A stretch of DNA of 64,000 nucleotides from Felis catus (taxonomy: Eukaryota). Shown piece by piece: positions 36,195 through 47,713 of the stretch; position 1 is the first letter of the stretch, and the number at the start of each line of letters is the position of its first letter. The notes below the pieces were generated by a model. That model ran no database searches and was not told the DNA's origin. It saw only the letters and a list, made by a program, of their open reading frames with translations. The stretch lies in contig NC_058368.1 in the NCBI RefSeq assembly GCF_018350175.1, positions 44,146,001 to 44,210,000 on the forward strand. Direction: 5' to 3'. The position numbers and the translations under genes were made by a program.

Positions 36195-36364
36195 AGTATT
36201 AAGGATTAGTATTTTCTGGGACTTCCTTTTGAGACAGTGATGACTACTTCTTTGAGGTCGATCTACATGTGCAGTAGGGTATTAATTAAATTAAATATAT
36301 AAATTATGAAGGGAATGATTTATAGGGTTATTACCTGCTTTATTATCATCCTCCCACACCCAAA
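36195..36364 (+). other. Candidate exon A of the plus-strand unit (ATG at 36306, signal-peptide-like)
   Basis: Acceptor ctctattttcaag and strong donor aaa|gtaagt. ATG with A at -3 reads MKGMIYRVITCFIIILPHP plus 2 nt. Confidence 0.4.
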
Positions 36365-36487
36365 GTAAGTCCAACAAACTGGATGAAGATACTAATTTTT
36401 TTTTAATTTCATTGAATTGATTTTGTAAGATAAATAATTACATAACATGCACAGTGGTAGCAGTATCTTTTAAACTCTAAGAAAATA

Positions 36488-36687
36488 GGAGCACCTGGGT
36501 GTCTCAGTCGGTTGGGTGTCTGACTTTGTCTCAGGTCACGATCTCATGGTTTGTGAGTTTAAGCCCCATGTTGGACTCTGTGCTGACGGCTTAGAGCCTG
36601 GAGCCTGCTTCAGATTCTGTCTCCCTCTCTCTCTGCTGCTCCCCACCCCCCACTCTCTCTCAAAATTAATAAATATTAAAAAAATAA
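36488..36687 (+). mobile_element. Can-SINE
   Basis: TSD taaactctaagaaaata at 36471-36487 and 36688-36704. Confidence 0.95.
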
Positions 36688-36923
36688 TAAACTCTAAGAA
36701 AATAAAACAACAGACACTATGCTCTTAATAAGCACAGTTTTAGGCATCCAGCGTATTTAATAAATGGTAACCTATGTTGGTAAACCTCTCTAGAATTCCT
36801 CAGAAAGATTTTATCTATTTGGAATTATGTAACTTAAATCTAGGAAGTGCTTAGCCTTTATTTACTTATTTAGTCATGGTTCTGACATTTGGTATTTTCT
36901 AATAGAAAACTTCCTCTTTAATG

Positions 36924-37130
36924 CAGCTGGGTGGCTCAGTAGGTTAAGCCTAAGCCTCTGACTTTGGCTCAGGTCATGATCTCATGGTTTGTGAGTTTGA
37001 GCCCTGCATTGGGCTGTCTCCTCTCAGTAAAGAGCCTGCTTTGGATCCTCTGTCCCCCCTGACCCCCACCCCTCCCCATCTCACACACTCCCTCTCTCAA
37101 AAATAAACATTAAAAAAATTAAAAATAAAA
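36924..37130 (+). mobile_element. Can-SINE
   Basis: ctgggtggctcagtaggttaagc head and A-tail. Confidence 0.95.
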
Positions 37131-37168
37131 TAAAATTTCCTTATCATGAACTATTTATTGTTCATTTC

Positions 37169-37305
37169 TTTTTTCTTTTCCCCTCCTCCTCCTCCTCTTC
37201 CTCCTCCTCCTTCTTCTTCAAGATTTTAAATAATCTCTACACTCAACGTGAGGTAGTTGAACTCACAACCTTGAGATCAAGAGTTACATGCTCCACTGAC
37301 TGAGC
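37169..37305 (-). mobile_element. Short Can-SINE with a (CCT)n tail
   Basis: aatctctacactcaacgtg..gaactcacaaccttgagatcaagag; flanking tgttcatttc repeat. Confidence 0.85.
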
Positions 37306-37709
37306 ATGTTCATTTCAGATTTATCAAAACACGTGGCTTATATACACATTTCTATGTATTGCATAATATACATATTTTCTTTCTTAGGGAGAAATAGGCA
37401 GAGATTTTCAGTTGTAGTTACATTCTGTTTCACATTAAAATTTTAATCTTCCATAGAAAAAGTTTCTGGTACTTTACCGTACTTTTCCCGTCTAAACTAA
37501 TAGCACTTAATTGTTTTTGTTGTAAGACTTTCTTTCTTAAAGGGGGTCTTCAATTTTTTTCTGACTTCTTCATATTCTTCAGTTTTCTGTTATTACAACT
37601 TCATAGCTATGTCTTCTTGTGTAATATGATAGACTACACAAAACAGATGAAACCATAGTTCCTACAAGTAGTTAGAACATTATAACTTCTTTTTCAACTT
37701 AAGTGAGAT

Positions 37710-38296
37710 TGTTAGACAGTTAGACAAGAGTGAGGAGGGATAAAGCAGATGCTGGCCACACCCTCGGAGCCACCCCCAAGGGTTAACAGCCACACCTTCA
37801 GAGCCACCCCTAAAGGCTAACAGAACAGGAAAGGCCTAGACACAGAGCTGGCTCAAAAGCCACAAGGGGACTTCTAAGAGCTGAACATGTGCACAGGAAG
37901 TGCAATTTGCCCTTAAGTACCTTTAAAGTCACAACCAAAGCTCATTAGACACTCATAAATATACAGTACATAAATAAATACAATTATAACAGAATGCATC
38001 ATGGGTAAGCACATGAGCATAAGCCAAACTGTTATATAACCACCAGCTGGCAATGAAAAATATCAGTCAAAGCCAAATTTACATGCACACAAAACAGGCT
38101 TAAAAGTACAGGGCTAGAGCTTCTAGATGCCATTGCCACTCTTGCTCCTGCAGTGGCCGGCTTTCACTCTTGATAGTGTACTATACTTATCTACTCAGTA
38201 AACTATCTCCCCATTCTCGTCTTGGATCTCCAATTCTTTTGTTGCATTTGGGACAAGACCCAAGTGACCCAGGAACAAGATGTCCTGCCTAAAACA
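37710..38296 (+). mobile_element. ERV solo LTR (about 590 bp, ERVL-like, 5-bp TSD)
   Basis: TG..CA ends; TSD gagat/gagtt; internal tandem duplication of about 33 bp; agtaaa variant polyA signal. Confidence 0.75.
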
Positions 38297-39953
38297 GAGT
38301 TTTAAACGTCTATTTCCCTCTTGGTTTGAATAGCCAGTTAATTTGGTTGGATGCAAGTAGCTGGCAATGAATAAATATGTGAAATGTTTTGTTAAACAAA
38401 ATTAAACAGATTTCTGTTTCTTAGACATTTGAATATGTGAGTCTGCATCTTACATTTGCAAGTTACTATAGCCAGTATTTGTCATTCATCCTCTTATAGA
38501 GAGAATATGCAAGGTTTTTTAACTCAAGTATAAAAATTTAGCACAGCAATGAAGCTGTAACACAGTTAAGGACAGTTTCTCTAAAATACTCTTCAAAATA
38601 AACTCACCTGTATTAAAGAAATGCTAAGCACCAATTGAGACACCAACAGAAATCCTCTCAAGCAGAAAAGAATTAAAAATTGAAGGAATAAGAATAATTG
38701 AAAAAGTCACTGATTTGGAACTGAGTGTTGTCAAAAGTAAAGAGCTAGTTTGTAGCACTAACATATTCAAGGAAATGATGTTCAGTTGTTTTTAGTGACA
38801 ATCAGCAGGAGGGAATCAAGCACCTCAGCAATTACCGAATTTCTGCCAGAATCTGCTGTAACATTGCCTTAGGGGAGGCAAGATAAGGAAGATTCTAGCT
38901 AAGAAGTCACATCAAAAAAAGTAGGGAAATGAGAGCACTGCAGCTTAATTTTTGAAGCTACCTGATGATTAAAGGTGTTGTCCTTTGGGACTAAGGGAGG
39001 ATTGATGTCATAATTAATACTGGGTAATTAAAAACAGAATGACTTGTTTAGGAAAAGTACCATGAAGTATCATTAAAAATTTTAAGGTCAAAGAGTATAT
39101 TACATTTAATTTATTTATTTTTTTGGTTTTGGAATAATTTAGCAAACAATAAACATTTAACCCAGTATGTTAAGAATTCACACACAAATGGTGGAAAAAT
39201 CAAAATTTTAAAACTCTCATTTTCATGAATGTATATGTTATTAGATGTGGAGCATGGAAAATTTAATAGGGGAAAAGCAATTGAATTCTGTACAAACTTT
39301 AATAATAAGGAACTAAGTAAAGTAAATAAGCATAAATTGCAGTAAATTTGTCCAGGCTTAGAGTTGGATTAGAAAAATACTACAGCTTTTGAATTTGAAG
39401 GCACATCACTGAAATATGCAAGGAAGATTACTGATATTCAAAGATTTAGAATATGTAGAATACATTTAATTTTAAAATCAACTTGATGACTCAAAATAAT
39501 TTCTAATTATAAAGTACTCATAAATCACCATTTGGAAATAAGTGTTGTTGTTATACTAAAAATGAATGGTATCCATTAGTAAAAATTTATTAATCTATAT
39601 ATTTATAAATATATACTGAAGAATAATGAGAATAATATTTTTGCAAGAAAGATATGCTTGATGTAGATTATAGAAGATGCTTAATTAAGCACAGAGATAT
39701 AGCTTCATATATGTACATAAGTATCTATATATACATATCTATGTATTCAATTCAGAGAGAGAGAGAGAGATGGAGAGCAAGCAAGTGAGAAGAACAAAAG
39801 AGAGACAGAGAGAGATAAAGCTATGCCAGTAATGGGAATAATTTTATTGACAAATTAAAATGTGAGGTAAGGAATAGAAAAATTGAGTTTTACAGGTTTA
39901 AACATTCAAATAATTATTTACATTAACTGAACAAAGTCTTTCTCTTGTTTTAG

Positions 39954-40086
39954 GTGATACAAAGCAAAACCACTGTGTTTTCCTGAAAATGAAAAATACG
40001 TGAATTATGTATTGTGGAACTACGGGTGCCAAAGTGTTCTTTAAAATCTTGTCCTTCGGTTTTATAACTGTAGTCATTATTTCTTT
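39954..40086 (+). other. Candidate exon B (133 nt) of the plus-strand unit
   Basis: Branch-point match cattaac at 39921-39927, pyrimidine tract tctttctcttgttttag, donor ttt|gtaagc; retained CpGs. Confidence 0.6.
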
Positions 40087-43000
40087 GTAAGCACAGCACA
40101 AAACCTGGCAAAGTATCACTCCTGCTGTACCGTGTGTCCCAGTCAACCCCACCACCCCCCAGCAAGACATTGAATATCCCTATAAAGCCACTGAATTCTA
40201 GAATGTTAAAACAGGTTAGGGCTTAGAGATGCTTTGCTATAATCCAATCATTTCACAAATCAGAAATGTGAGGTCAAAGCAAATGTGTGGTTACTTTGTA
40301 ATTCTCTCTAAATCCCACATATCTTTAGACATCTGCCCACATTGCAACTTCTTAAAACCTTCTGATGAAGAAATAAAATTTATCTTAATTCTCACATCAC
40401 CTATTTTGGAACTTGCAGTATATACTTTTATTGCAGTTATTTGGACTTTTTGCTTTGTTTCAAAGTCTGTCAGTTCTTTTAATTTTTTAAATGTTTTTAT
40501 TTATTTTTGAGACAGAGAAGGACAGAGCATGAGCAGGGGAGGTGCAGAGGGAGAGGGAGACATAGAATTGGAAGCAGGCTGCAGGCTCTGAGCTGTCAGC
40601 ACAGAGTCTGACACGGGGCTCGAACTCACGGACTGTGAGATCATGACCTGAGCTGAAGTCGGATGCTCAACCAACTGAGCCACCCAGGCGCCCCACAGTC
40701 TGTCAGTTCTTAAATATATAAATTAAGTTTTATATATTTTTATTTTTTTATATGCCCTTCCCTAATTGTATGAATTGGCTTGCACTGAACAAGTAGCCAC
40801 TTTCACCTATTTGTATTATATATTTCCTTAATTTGTATAGATACCCACATTGGTAAATTAAAATTTTTGAGTAATAAGAATATTCATATTAAACATTAAT
40901 AAGCGGGGCGCCTGGGTGGCTCAGTCGGTTGAGTGTCCGACTTCGGCTCAGGTCATGATCTCACAGTCCATGAGTTTGAGCCCTGCGTCGGGCTCTGTGC
41001 TGACAGCTTAGAGCCTGGAGCCTGCTTCTGATTCTGTGTCTCCCTCTCTCTCTGCCCCTCCCCCGCTCATGCTCTGTCTCTCTGTCAAAAATAAATAAAG
41101 ATCAACAAAAATTAAAATAAAATAAAATAAACATTATTAATAAGCATATCTTACTACATGTAGCATTTTGTAACTTTTTTTCTAAATGTTATATGTTTGG
41201 ATCTTATCCATGCTTATGTTTATAGTTTTACTTAAAAAAAATTAATTCCAGTAGAGTTAGCATGCAGTGTTATATTAGTTTCAGGTGTGCAACATAATGA
41301 TCCAACACTTGCATACATCATCCAGTGCTCATCACAAGTGTACTCTTTAATCCTCATCTCCTATTTCACCCATCCCCCTATCCACCTGCCCTTTGGTAAC
41401 CATCAAGTTTGTTCACTATAGCTAAGAATCTGTTTCTTGGTTTGTCTCTCTGTCTCTCTGTTTTTTCTTTGCACTTCTTTTTCTGTCTGTAGATAGTATC
41501 CTTGTGTAGGATTTAAATTAATCCATATGCCCATCCTCTATTGATGACATTTGGATTATTTCTATTTTTGTATCATTACAAATATTACTTCTCTGAATAA
41601 TTCCATAGCTGTCTCAATTTTACATATAAAAGAATTCCCCAAAGGTATATGTCTTGGGATGGAAATGGGCACCTATCCAAATCTATAACTACAACATATT
41701 TTCTAGAAAGGGTTTTTCAATTTGCATTACCACCAGTCATAAGACTTTTCACAATTTTTTCAGTGTGCAATATTGTGAGATTTAGTTTTGCTAATCTTTT
41801 GTACTGAAAGTATAGCCCTAAACTGGTTGAATAACTCTAATAAATAGAGAAGTAAACAGTGAAGTTTAGCATAATTTCCAGGTGACTTTTGTATAAATAA
41901 ATACACCTTTTTTTCACATTGTTCAATCTTAATAAAATTTTGCTGCTCAGAATCTTTTTTTCTTTTTTTTTTGGAATGATGAGAGGAGCAATGTAAAAAG
42001 CCCTTTTATGTATTGCCAAGGACAGTTTTCTTTTCTTTTTTCTTTTTTCTTTCTTTTTTTTTTTTTTTTTTGGCCACGGCATAGCACTTATCGATGGGCA
42101 TAAATTTTTCAAATTCTGATATGCATATCTTCCATGTAAACTGATGAGCCATGCCTATTGGTAATCTGCTTTATGTGATAACATCCATATCAATCAGGAA
42201 ATAATTGTTTATTCTGTAATAATAATAACCTCAAAATCTCAGTGGCATAAAACAACAAAGCTTTATTTCTCAGGCAATTCTACTACTGTAAAACCCATCT
42301 CTCTTCTGTCACCCTGACTAGCAATATTGCACACAGTGCAGCACCCATTGAGTCCACAGAATAAATTTGGGGCTATAATATACTTAATATTTAGGAAAGA
42401 AATAATTTCCTTTTGTGTTAAGGCATAGGGATTTTGGAAATGTCTGTCATAACATCATAACGTGGATTATCCTTACTTATACAGATTAAAGTTTAAAATA
42501 TCTAATTGTCTACATAGCTAGAAAAGGAAGACTTCTTTGTCCTTTTGTATTGCTTTCCTGACTCTTTTGATATTAGTAGCATCATTTATTTTCTAGGAAA
42601 CTTGTTTTTGCTCTTACGGCCTTCAACTGATTAGATAAGGCTCACCCACGTTTTTTTAAGGTAATTTTTACTTATTCTGACTGCCAATGTTAGGGATATC
42701 TACAAAACACCTCTGAAGAAACATTTAGATTAGTGCTTGATTAAATAATTAGATTGGAGGGCCTAGCCATGTTGATACACAAAATGAACCATCACACTAT
42801 CCTTTGTGCATTGCTTTCTATATCACTTTATCTACTTTAACATTCATTAGCTTAATTAAATTTTGAAATTAATAATTTAAATAATGTGTGATGATACTGA
42901 AAGCTGTAAATTAGCTATTTAACTAAGTAAGGCATTTAAGGGGTTCTTAAAACATAATATATGTCATTTTATATAGAAGAAACTGAACACAGTCTTCAAA

Positions 43001-45035
43001 ATGCATGCATCAATATATTTAATTAGCTACTATGGTGAAAAGCAAGTTTTATATTTACCATTTGTCTGATGTTTTTTGTTTTGTTTTGTTTTAGAAGGGA
43101 GTAGATTTTGTATGCTTCCCTATCTTCATCTGACATATTTTGAAATTAAGGTACATCTATAACTTTTGCCTTTTGAATATTTTAATAAAAGCATAGTTAA
43201 ATATTCTGATTGTTTAATGCCCTTAAAATGCACTAAGTAATGATTAGGTCTAAGAAGTAATTTGGTTGAAGAAATTACTATTCAACACTTCTAGAATCTT
43301 TAAATTAGAAAATTTGCTAATTGGATTTGTGCTTTTGTAATCTCCAAGTAGAATGTATGAATCATTTCTAGCAAAATTACTTTATTGTAATTATTTTGCC
43401 TTAGAAAAATGAACAATGTGCCTGTGCACGTTCTGAAAATTACAGATCATGTGAAGGACAAATAAAGCTGCATATCTGTATATACTTAACATTCTGTAGA
43501 TGTTACTAATGATTTGAAGATACTAATTTAACTTTAATTTTGGAAAAATCTAATTTTGGCAAACATTTAGTTTGGCAGATCCTGCTAGCAGTTCACCAGA
43601 ACGTTTCTCTCCTTGAACTGTACCTATAGGATTATAGCCAAGCACATGATAGATAATTCCCTGTCCTCTCATGCATTTAGATGTGCATTATGACCAAATT
43701 CCCTTCTAACCGAATGGCAGCAGAAGTGATGCGTGGTATTTTTCAGAGTGTATTTGACTTCACTGTCTCTTTCCTTCCTTTCCTGAATGAATTGCATAGT
43801 ATAGCAAGGACCAAGAATAAAGGAGACAAAAGATGAACGGACCTGTTTCTGGTGCAAAACATGTTTGCCACCCTGATCACATTCCCTCGATTGTTAAATT
43901 AATCATAAAAATTAATGGTGTTTGTGCCATACATGGTTATTTCTTATTTTTTAATTAAAAAGAATTTAATGTTTATTTATTTTTGAGAGAGAGAGAAAGC
44001 ATGAGTAGGGGAGGGGCAGAGAGAGAGAGGGAGACATAGAATCCAAAGCAGGCTCCAGGCTCTGAGCTGTCAGCACAGAGCCCGACGCGGGGTTCAAACC
44101 CACCAGCCGTGAGATCATGACCTGAGCCGAAGTCAGGCACTTAACCGATTGAATCACCCAGGCACCCAATGGTTGTTTTTAAAAGTAGTTTAAACTAGCC
44201 TAACCTAACAAATTCCCTAAGAACACACTGTTTTAATTTCCTGAGGCTATTGTAACAAATTACCACAAACTGGGTGGCTTAAAACACCAGAAATATATTC
44301 TCTTCCTCTGTTTGCCACCTTGATCAGGTTTTGGCAGGACTACTTTCCCTCTGGAGGCTCTCAACAGGATTCCTTCCTTGCCTCCTTCTGCTGGTCACCA
44401 TGCTTTGTGGATCCATCACTCCAATTCTGTCTCCTTCTCTAACCCAGCCTTCTTTCTTCTCCCTCTCTTTCACCTCTGTCTCCTAAAAGGACTCTTATCA
44501 TTGGATTTATGGTCCATTCAGATAACCCTGATTAATCCTACCTCAAGATAATTAATATAATTACTTTTTGCAAAGTATGCTTTTTCCAATTAAGGTGATT
44601 CAGAGGTTCCAGGGGTTAGGATGTTGACATACCTTCTGGGGACCATAATTCAAACTAGTATAGTACCTTTAAGAAATTTTATGGGATTATGTCTTGTTCT
44701 CATCCTGTATTTGCACTATCTATAATGTACCATATTGGTCATATAAACATTCATTAAGTTATGCTTAAGTATTTATTATGTAGAGCCTTTCACAATTTTG
44801 CATATCAGTTATAAATGGAAATTTGCAGTCTCTAATTTAATGGACATTAAAGTAAGATGTACCTGTAATTTTAAATTTTAAAAATTGCAAATAAAAAAAT
44901 GACAAGTGATCAAATTACAAGAAGTCTTTTTTTTTTTAATTTCCTTACGTGTCTTTATTTTCTAGGGTGAGCGATTTATTGTCAAAAGAGAAAAGAGAAA
45001 CAGCAGTTCTACTGCAGAAGCCCAAATCACTGTAA
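40007..45035 (+). CDS. Hypothetical spliced 49-aa single-pass microprotein, join(40007-40086,44966-45035)
   Basis: MYCGTTGAKVFFKILSFGFITVVIISLVSDLLSKEKRETAVLLQKPKSL*; A at -3; AATAAA at 45090-45095. May instead be a chance alternative frame of a pseudogene (see findings). Confidence 0.3.
40200..40305 (-). mobile_element. MIR fragment
   Basis: cttagagatg..atccaatcatttcacaaatcagaaatgtgaggtcaaag. Confidence 0.6.
40479..40694 (-). mobile_element. Can-SINE
   Basis: TSD agtctgtcagttctt at 40464-40478 and 40697-40711. Confidence 0.95.
40905..41135 (+). mobile_element. Can-SINE (young)
   Basis: Head ggggcgcctgggtggctcagtcgg; flanking attaataagc. Confidence 0.97.
41232..41477 (-). mobile_element. 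Carnivore L1 3'UTR fragment inside an older L1ME-like remnant (about 40750-42140)
   Basis: cagtgttatattagtttcaggtgtgcaacataatgat..ccagtgctcatcacaagtg..ggtaaccatc. Confidence 0.85.
42190..42483. mobile_element. Two old MLT1 (MaLR) 3'-end fragments in opposite orientation
   Basis: cctcaaaatctcagtggcataaaacaacaaagctttatttctc (minus); gaaataatttccttttgtgttaaggc..ttatccttacttataca (plus). Confidence 0.6.
42590..42796 (-). mobile_element. MLT2 LTR 5' part
   Basis: ggccttcaactgattagataaggctcacccac..gcctagccatgttgatacacaaaatgaaccatcaca. Confidence 0.85.
43570..44212 (+). mobile_element. MLT1J-like MaLR LTR, interrupted by a SINE
   Basis: tggcagatcctgctag..ttagatgtgcattatgaccaaatt..gcagaagtgatgcgtg. 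Confidence 0.7.
43943..44167 (-). mobile_element. Can-SINE
   Basis: SINEC body; degenerate TSD atggttattt/atggttgttt. Confidence 0.95.
44229..44661 (-). mobile_element. MLT1B/C MaLR LTR
   Basis: tttcctgaggctattgtaacaaattaccacaaactgggtggcttaaaaca..aggttccaggggttaggatgttgacata. Confidence 0.9.
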
Positions 45036-45110
45036 CATGATGTTAAAACGGGACTCTCACTATCTCGGTTTCCATTGAATCATAAACACAATAAAAGCTA
45101 AGAACACTTG
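44966..45110 (+). other. Candidate terminal exon C of the plus-strand unit
   Basis: Long pyrimidine tract ending gtctttattttctag; two frames open for 22-24 codons; AATAAA at 45090-45095 and 45187-45192. Confidence 0.55.
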
Positions 45111-46637
45111 AGACAGACAACGGGAAAAAAGGTGGCGGGGGATTTCCAAACAGTTCATTAGGAGAGTTCTGTGTGGCTTTCTCCAGAATAAAAACAGGAG
45201 ATAAGGATGAAAGGGTGCTGTTTCTAATCCCAACTACAATGAGGAGGGTTTCAACAGAACACCTCGGAGCATGCACTATGTGTTCTGGTAATTGGACGAC
45301 ATGAAGGACTATTTCTTGACCCATGCTTGGGAAAGGTCAAGTGACCTGTGGGGCCGTGGGGTGAAGAGCTGCATCTGCAAAATAACCTTTTCCCCTTCTG
45401 GGAATTGTTAATAAGTGAGGAAACCCAGTGACGACATACGAATTCTGCAGTAGTATCAGCCTGGCCTCGTTTTAGAAGGGAGCCTGCCTAAGAGGGAGTT
45501 CTGGCTTAGCAAAGAACACCAGCAGTAAGAGGGCTCCTGAGGAATAAGCTACAACAAAAGTACAGGCATGGCCCACACAATTGGAAGGGACTGGTGGAGC
45601 CAGTCTGTGAAGAATCCACAGAAGAACACGCAGGGCAAAGTCATCCTTAAACATGTGCCATGACTAGAGAGCGCAGAGTGTCTTACAGTATTTCTAGTTA
45701 CCTGTACGCAGTTGGAAAACACCTTTCTCAACCAGACTGCTGTACTGGTGTAAGGTTCCTTTCATCTTTAGTCTTTTCATATGCCACTCAATTTCAAAGT
45801 TAATTAGTTTGGCTCCTTTTTTTCTCACCCCATTCAGTGAGATTGTTTCATAAATTTATAAGGCAGTTACATTTTTTTATCACGTTTTGCATTCCATCCT
45901 GAGCTCCTTTGACTTCCTTGTTTGTTTACCTTTAATTTACAGACATAAAGGTTCATTCTTTATGCTTTGAAGTTCTATAGATTTTGACATTTGGATAGGA
46001 ACATGTATTCCTCACTATAGTATCATATAATTTCACTCTTCTAAAAATAAAATTCCTCTTTGCTTCACCAATTCAACATATACCCTCCAACTCCTAGCAA
46101 CTGCTGATGTGTTTACTGTCAGTAGATTTTGTCTTCCCCAATGTTATATAAATGGAATCATACAGTATGCAGCCTGTTTAAATTGGCTTCTTTCACTAGC
46201 AATGTATATTTAACCCACATGCTCCTCTGGCTTTTTAAATTATTGAGTAACACTTCCCTGTAGATATGTACTGCTGTTTTTTTGTTTTTATCATTCACCT
46301 ATTGAAGGGTATCTTGGTTGTTTCCAATTAGTGACAAATATGATTTAAGTTGCTATAAACTTTCATGTGCAGGATTTTATGTGGACATATATTTTCAAAT
46401 CAGTTGGGTAAATATCTACAAGCATGATTTCTGGATTATATGTAAAGACAAAATTTAGCCTTCTAAGAAACTGTCAAACTGTTTTCCAGATTGGATGTGC
46501 CATTTTGCTTTCTAACCATCAATGAATGAAAGTTCCTGTTACTTCACAGCCTTGTCAGATGCTGATATTGTCAGATTTTAGGAATTTAACAATTGCATCG
46601 GTCATACTGGTATCTACTTGTTATTTTAATGTGCAAT

Positions 46638-46855
46638 CTTTTAAAAAAATTTTAATGTTTATTTTTGAGAGGGGGGGAAAGAGAGAATGCATGGGGGAGG
46701 GGCAGAGAAAGGGGGAGACACTGAATTTGAAGCAAGCAAGCCCCAGGCTCTGAGCTGTCAGCCCAGAGCTTGATGTGGGGCTCAAACCCAGGAACCTTGA
46801 GATCATGACTTGAGCCAAAGTAGGACACTGAATGACTGAGCCACCCAGGAGCCCC
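46638..46855 (-). mobile_element. Can-SINE
   Basis: TSD tttaatgtgcaat at 46625-46637 and 46856-46868. Confidence 0.95.
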
Positions 46856-46923
46856 TTTAATGTGCAATTCTTTAATGACAAATGATATTGAGTATCTTTT
46901 CATATGCTTCTTTTCCATCTGTG

Positions 46924-46979
<56 letters not shown>

Positions 46980-47109
46980 GTATATATATCTTTTCCATCT
47001 GTATATCTTCTTTGGTGAGATGTCTTTCCAGATAGTTTGCCCAATTTTGATTAGATTTTTAAGTCTTTAAATTCTTAAAATAATTATTTTTACATTTTGA
47101 ATAGATGTC

Positions 47110-47213
47110 TGTATTAGGGTTCTTCAGAGAAACAGACCAGTAGGCCATAAGAGACAGGAAGATAGCTAGATGATAGGTAGATGATAGATAGATAGATACA
47201 TAGGTAGATAGAT

Positions 47214-47253
<40 letters not shown>

Positions 47254-47713
47254 GTCTATTTAAAGGAGATAGGTCTATATTTAAAGGAGATTTACTGTGA
47301 GGAATTGGCCTTACACAATTCTGGAGGCTTTGATGGCCCACGATATACCATCTGCAAGCTGGAGACCCAGAAAAGCCTGTAGTATAAGTCAGTTTGAATC
47401 TATAGGTCTGTGAACCAGGGGAGACAATGGTGTACATCCCATTCTACAGGCCAGTGAAGATAAAATGAGATGTCCCTCTTTACATAGCGAGGCCTGAAAA
47501 GGGGATGAATTCTTCCTTCCTCCATCATTTGTTCTATTCAGGCCCTCCTCAGGTTGGACAATGCCACACTGGGGAGGGCAATCTACTTTACTGAGTCTAC
47601 CAGTTGAAATACTAATCTCACTTGGAAACACCCTCACAGACACGTCCAAATATAATGTTTAATCTGGGCACTCCATAGGCCAGTTAAATTGACACATAAA
47701 ATTAACCATCAGA
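47110..47713 (-). mobile_element. MLT2 (ERVL) solo LTR containing (GATA)n at about 47160-47250
   Basis: tgtattagggttcttcagagaaacaga ... ttgacacataaaattaaccatc; perfect 5-bp TSD atgtc. Confidence 0.92.

Noticed and set aside
36296..36303. TATATAAA as the promoter of the plus-strand unit
   Set aside because: Only 2 nt upstream of the ATG, too close to be a functional TATA box, and in AT-rich context.
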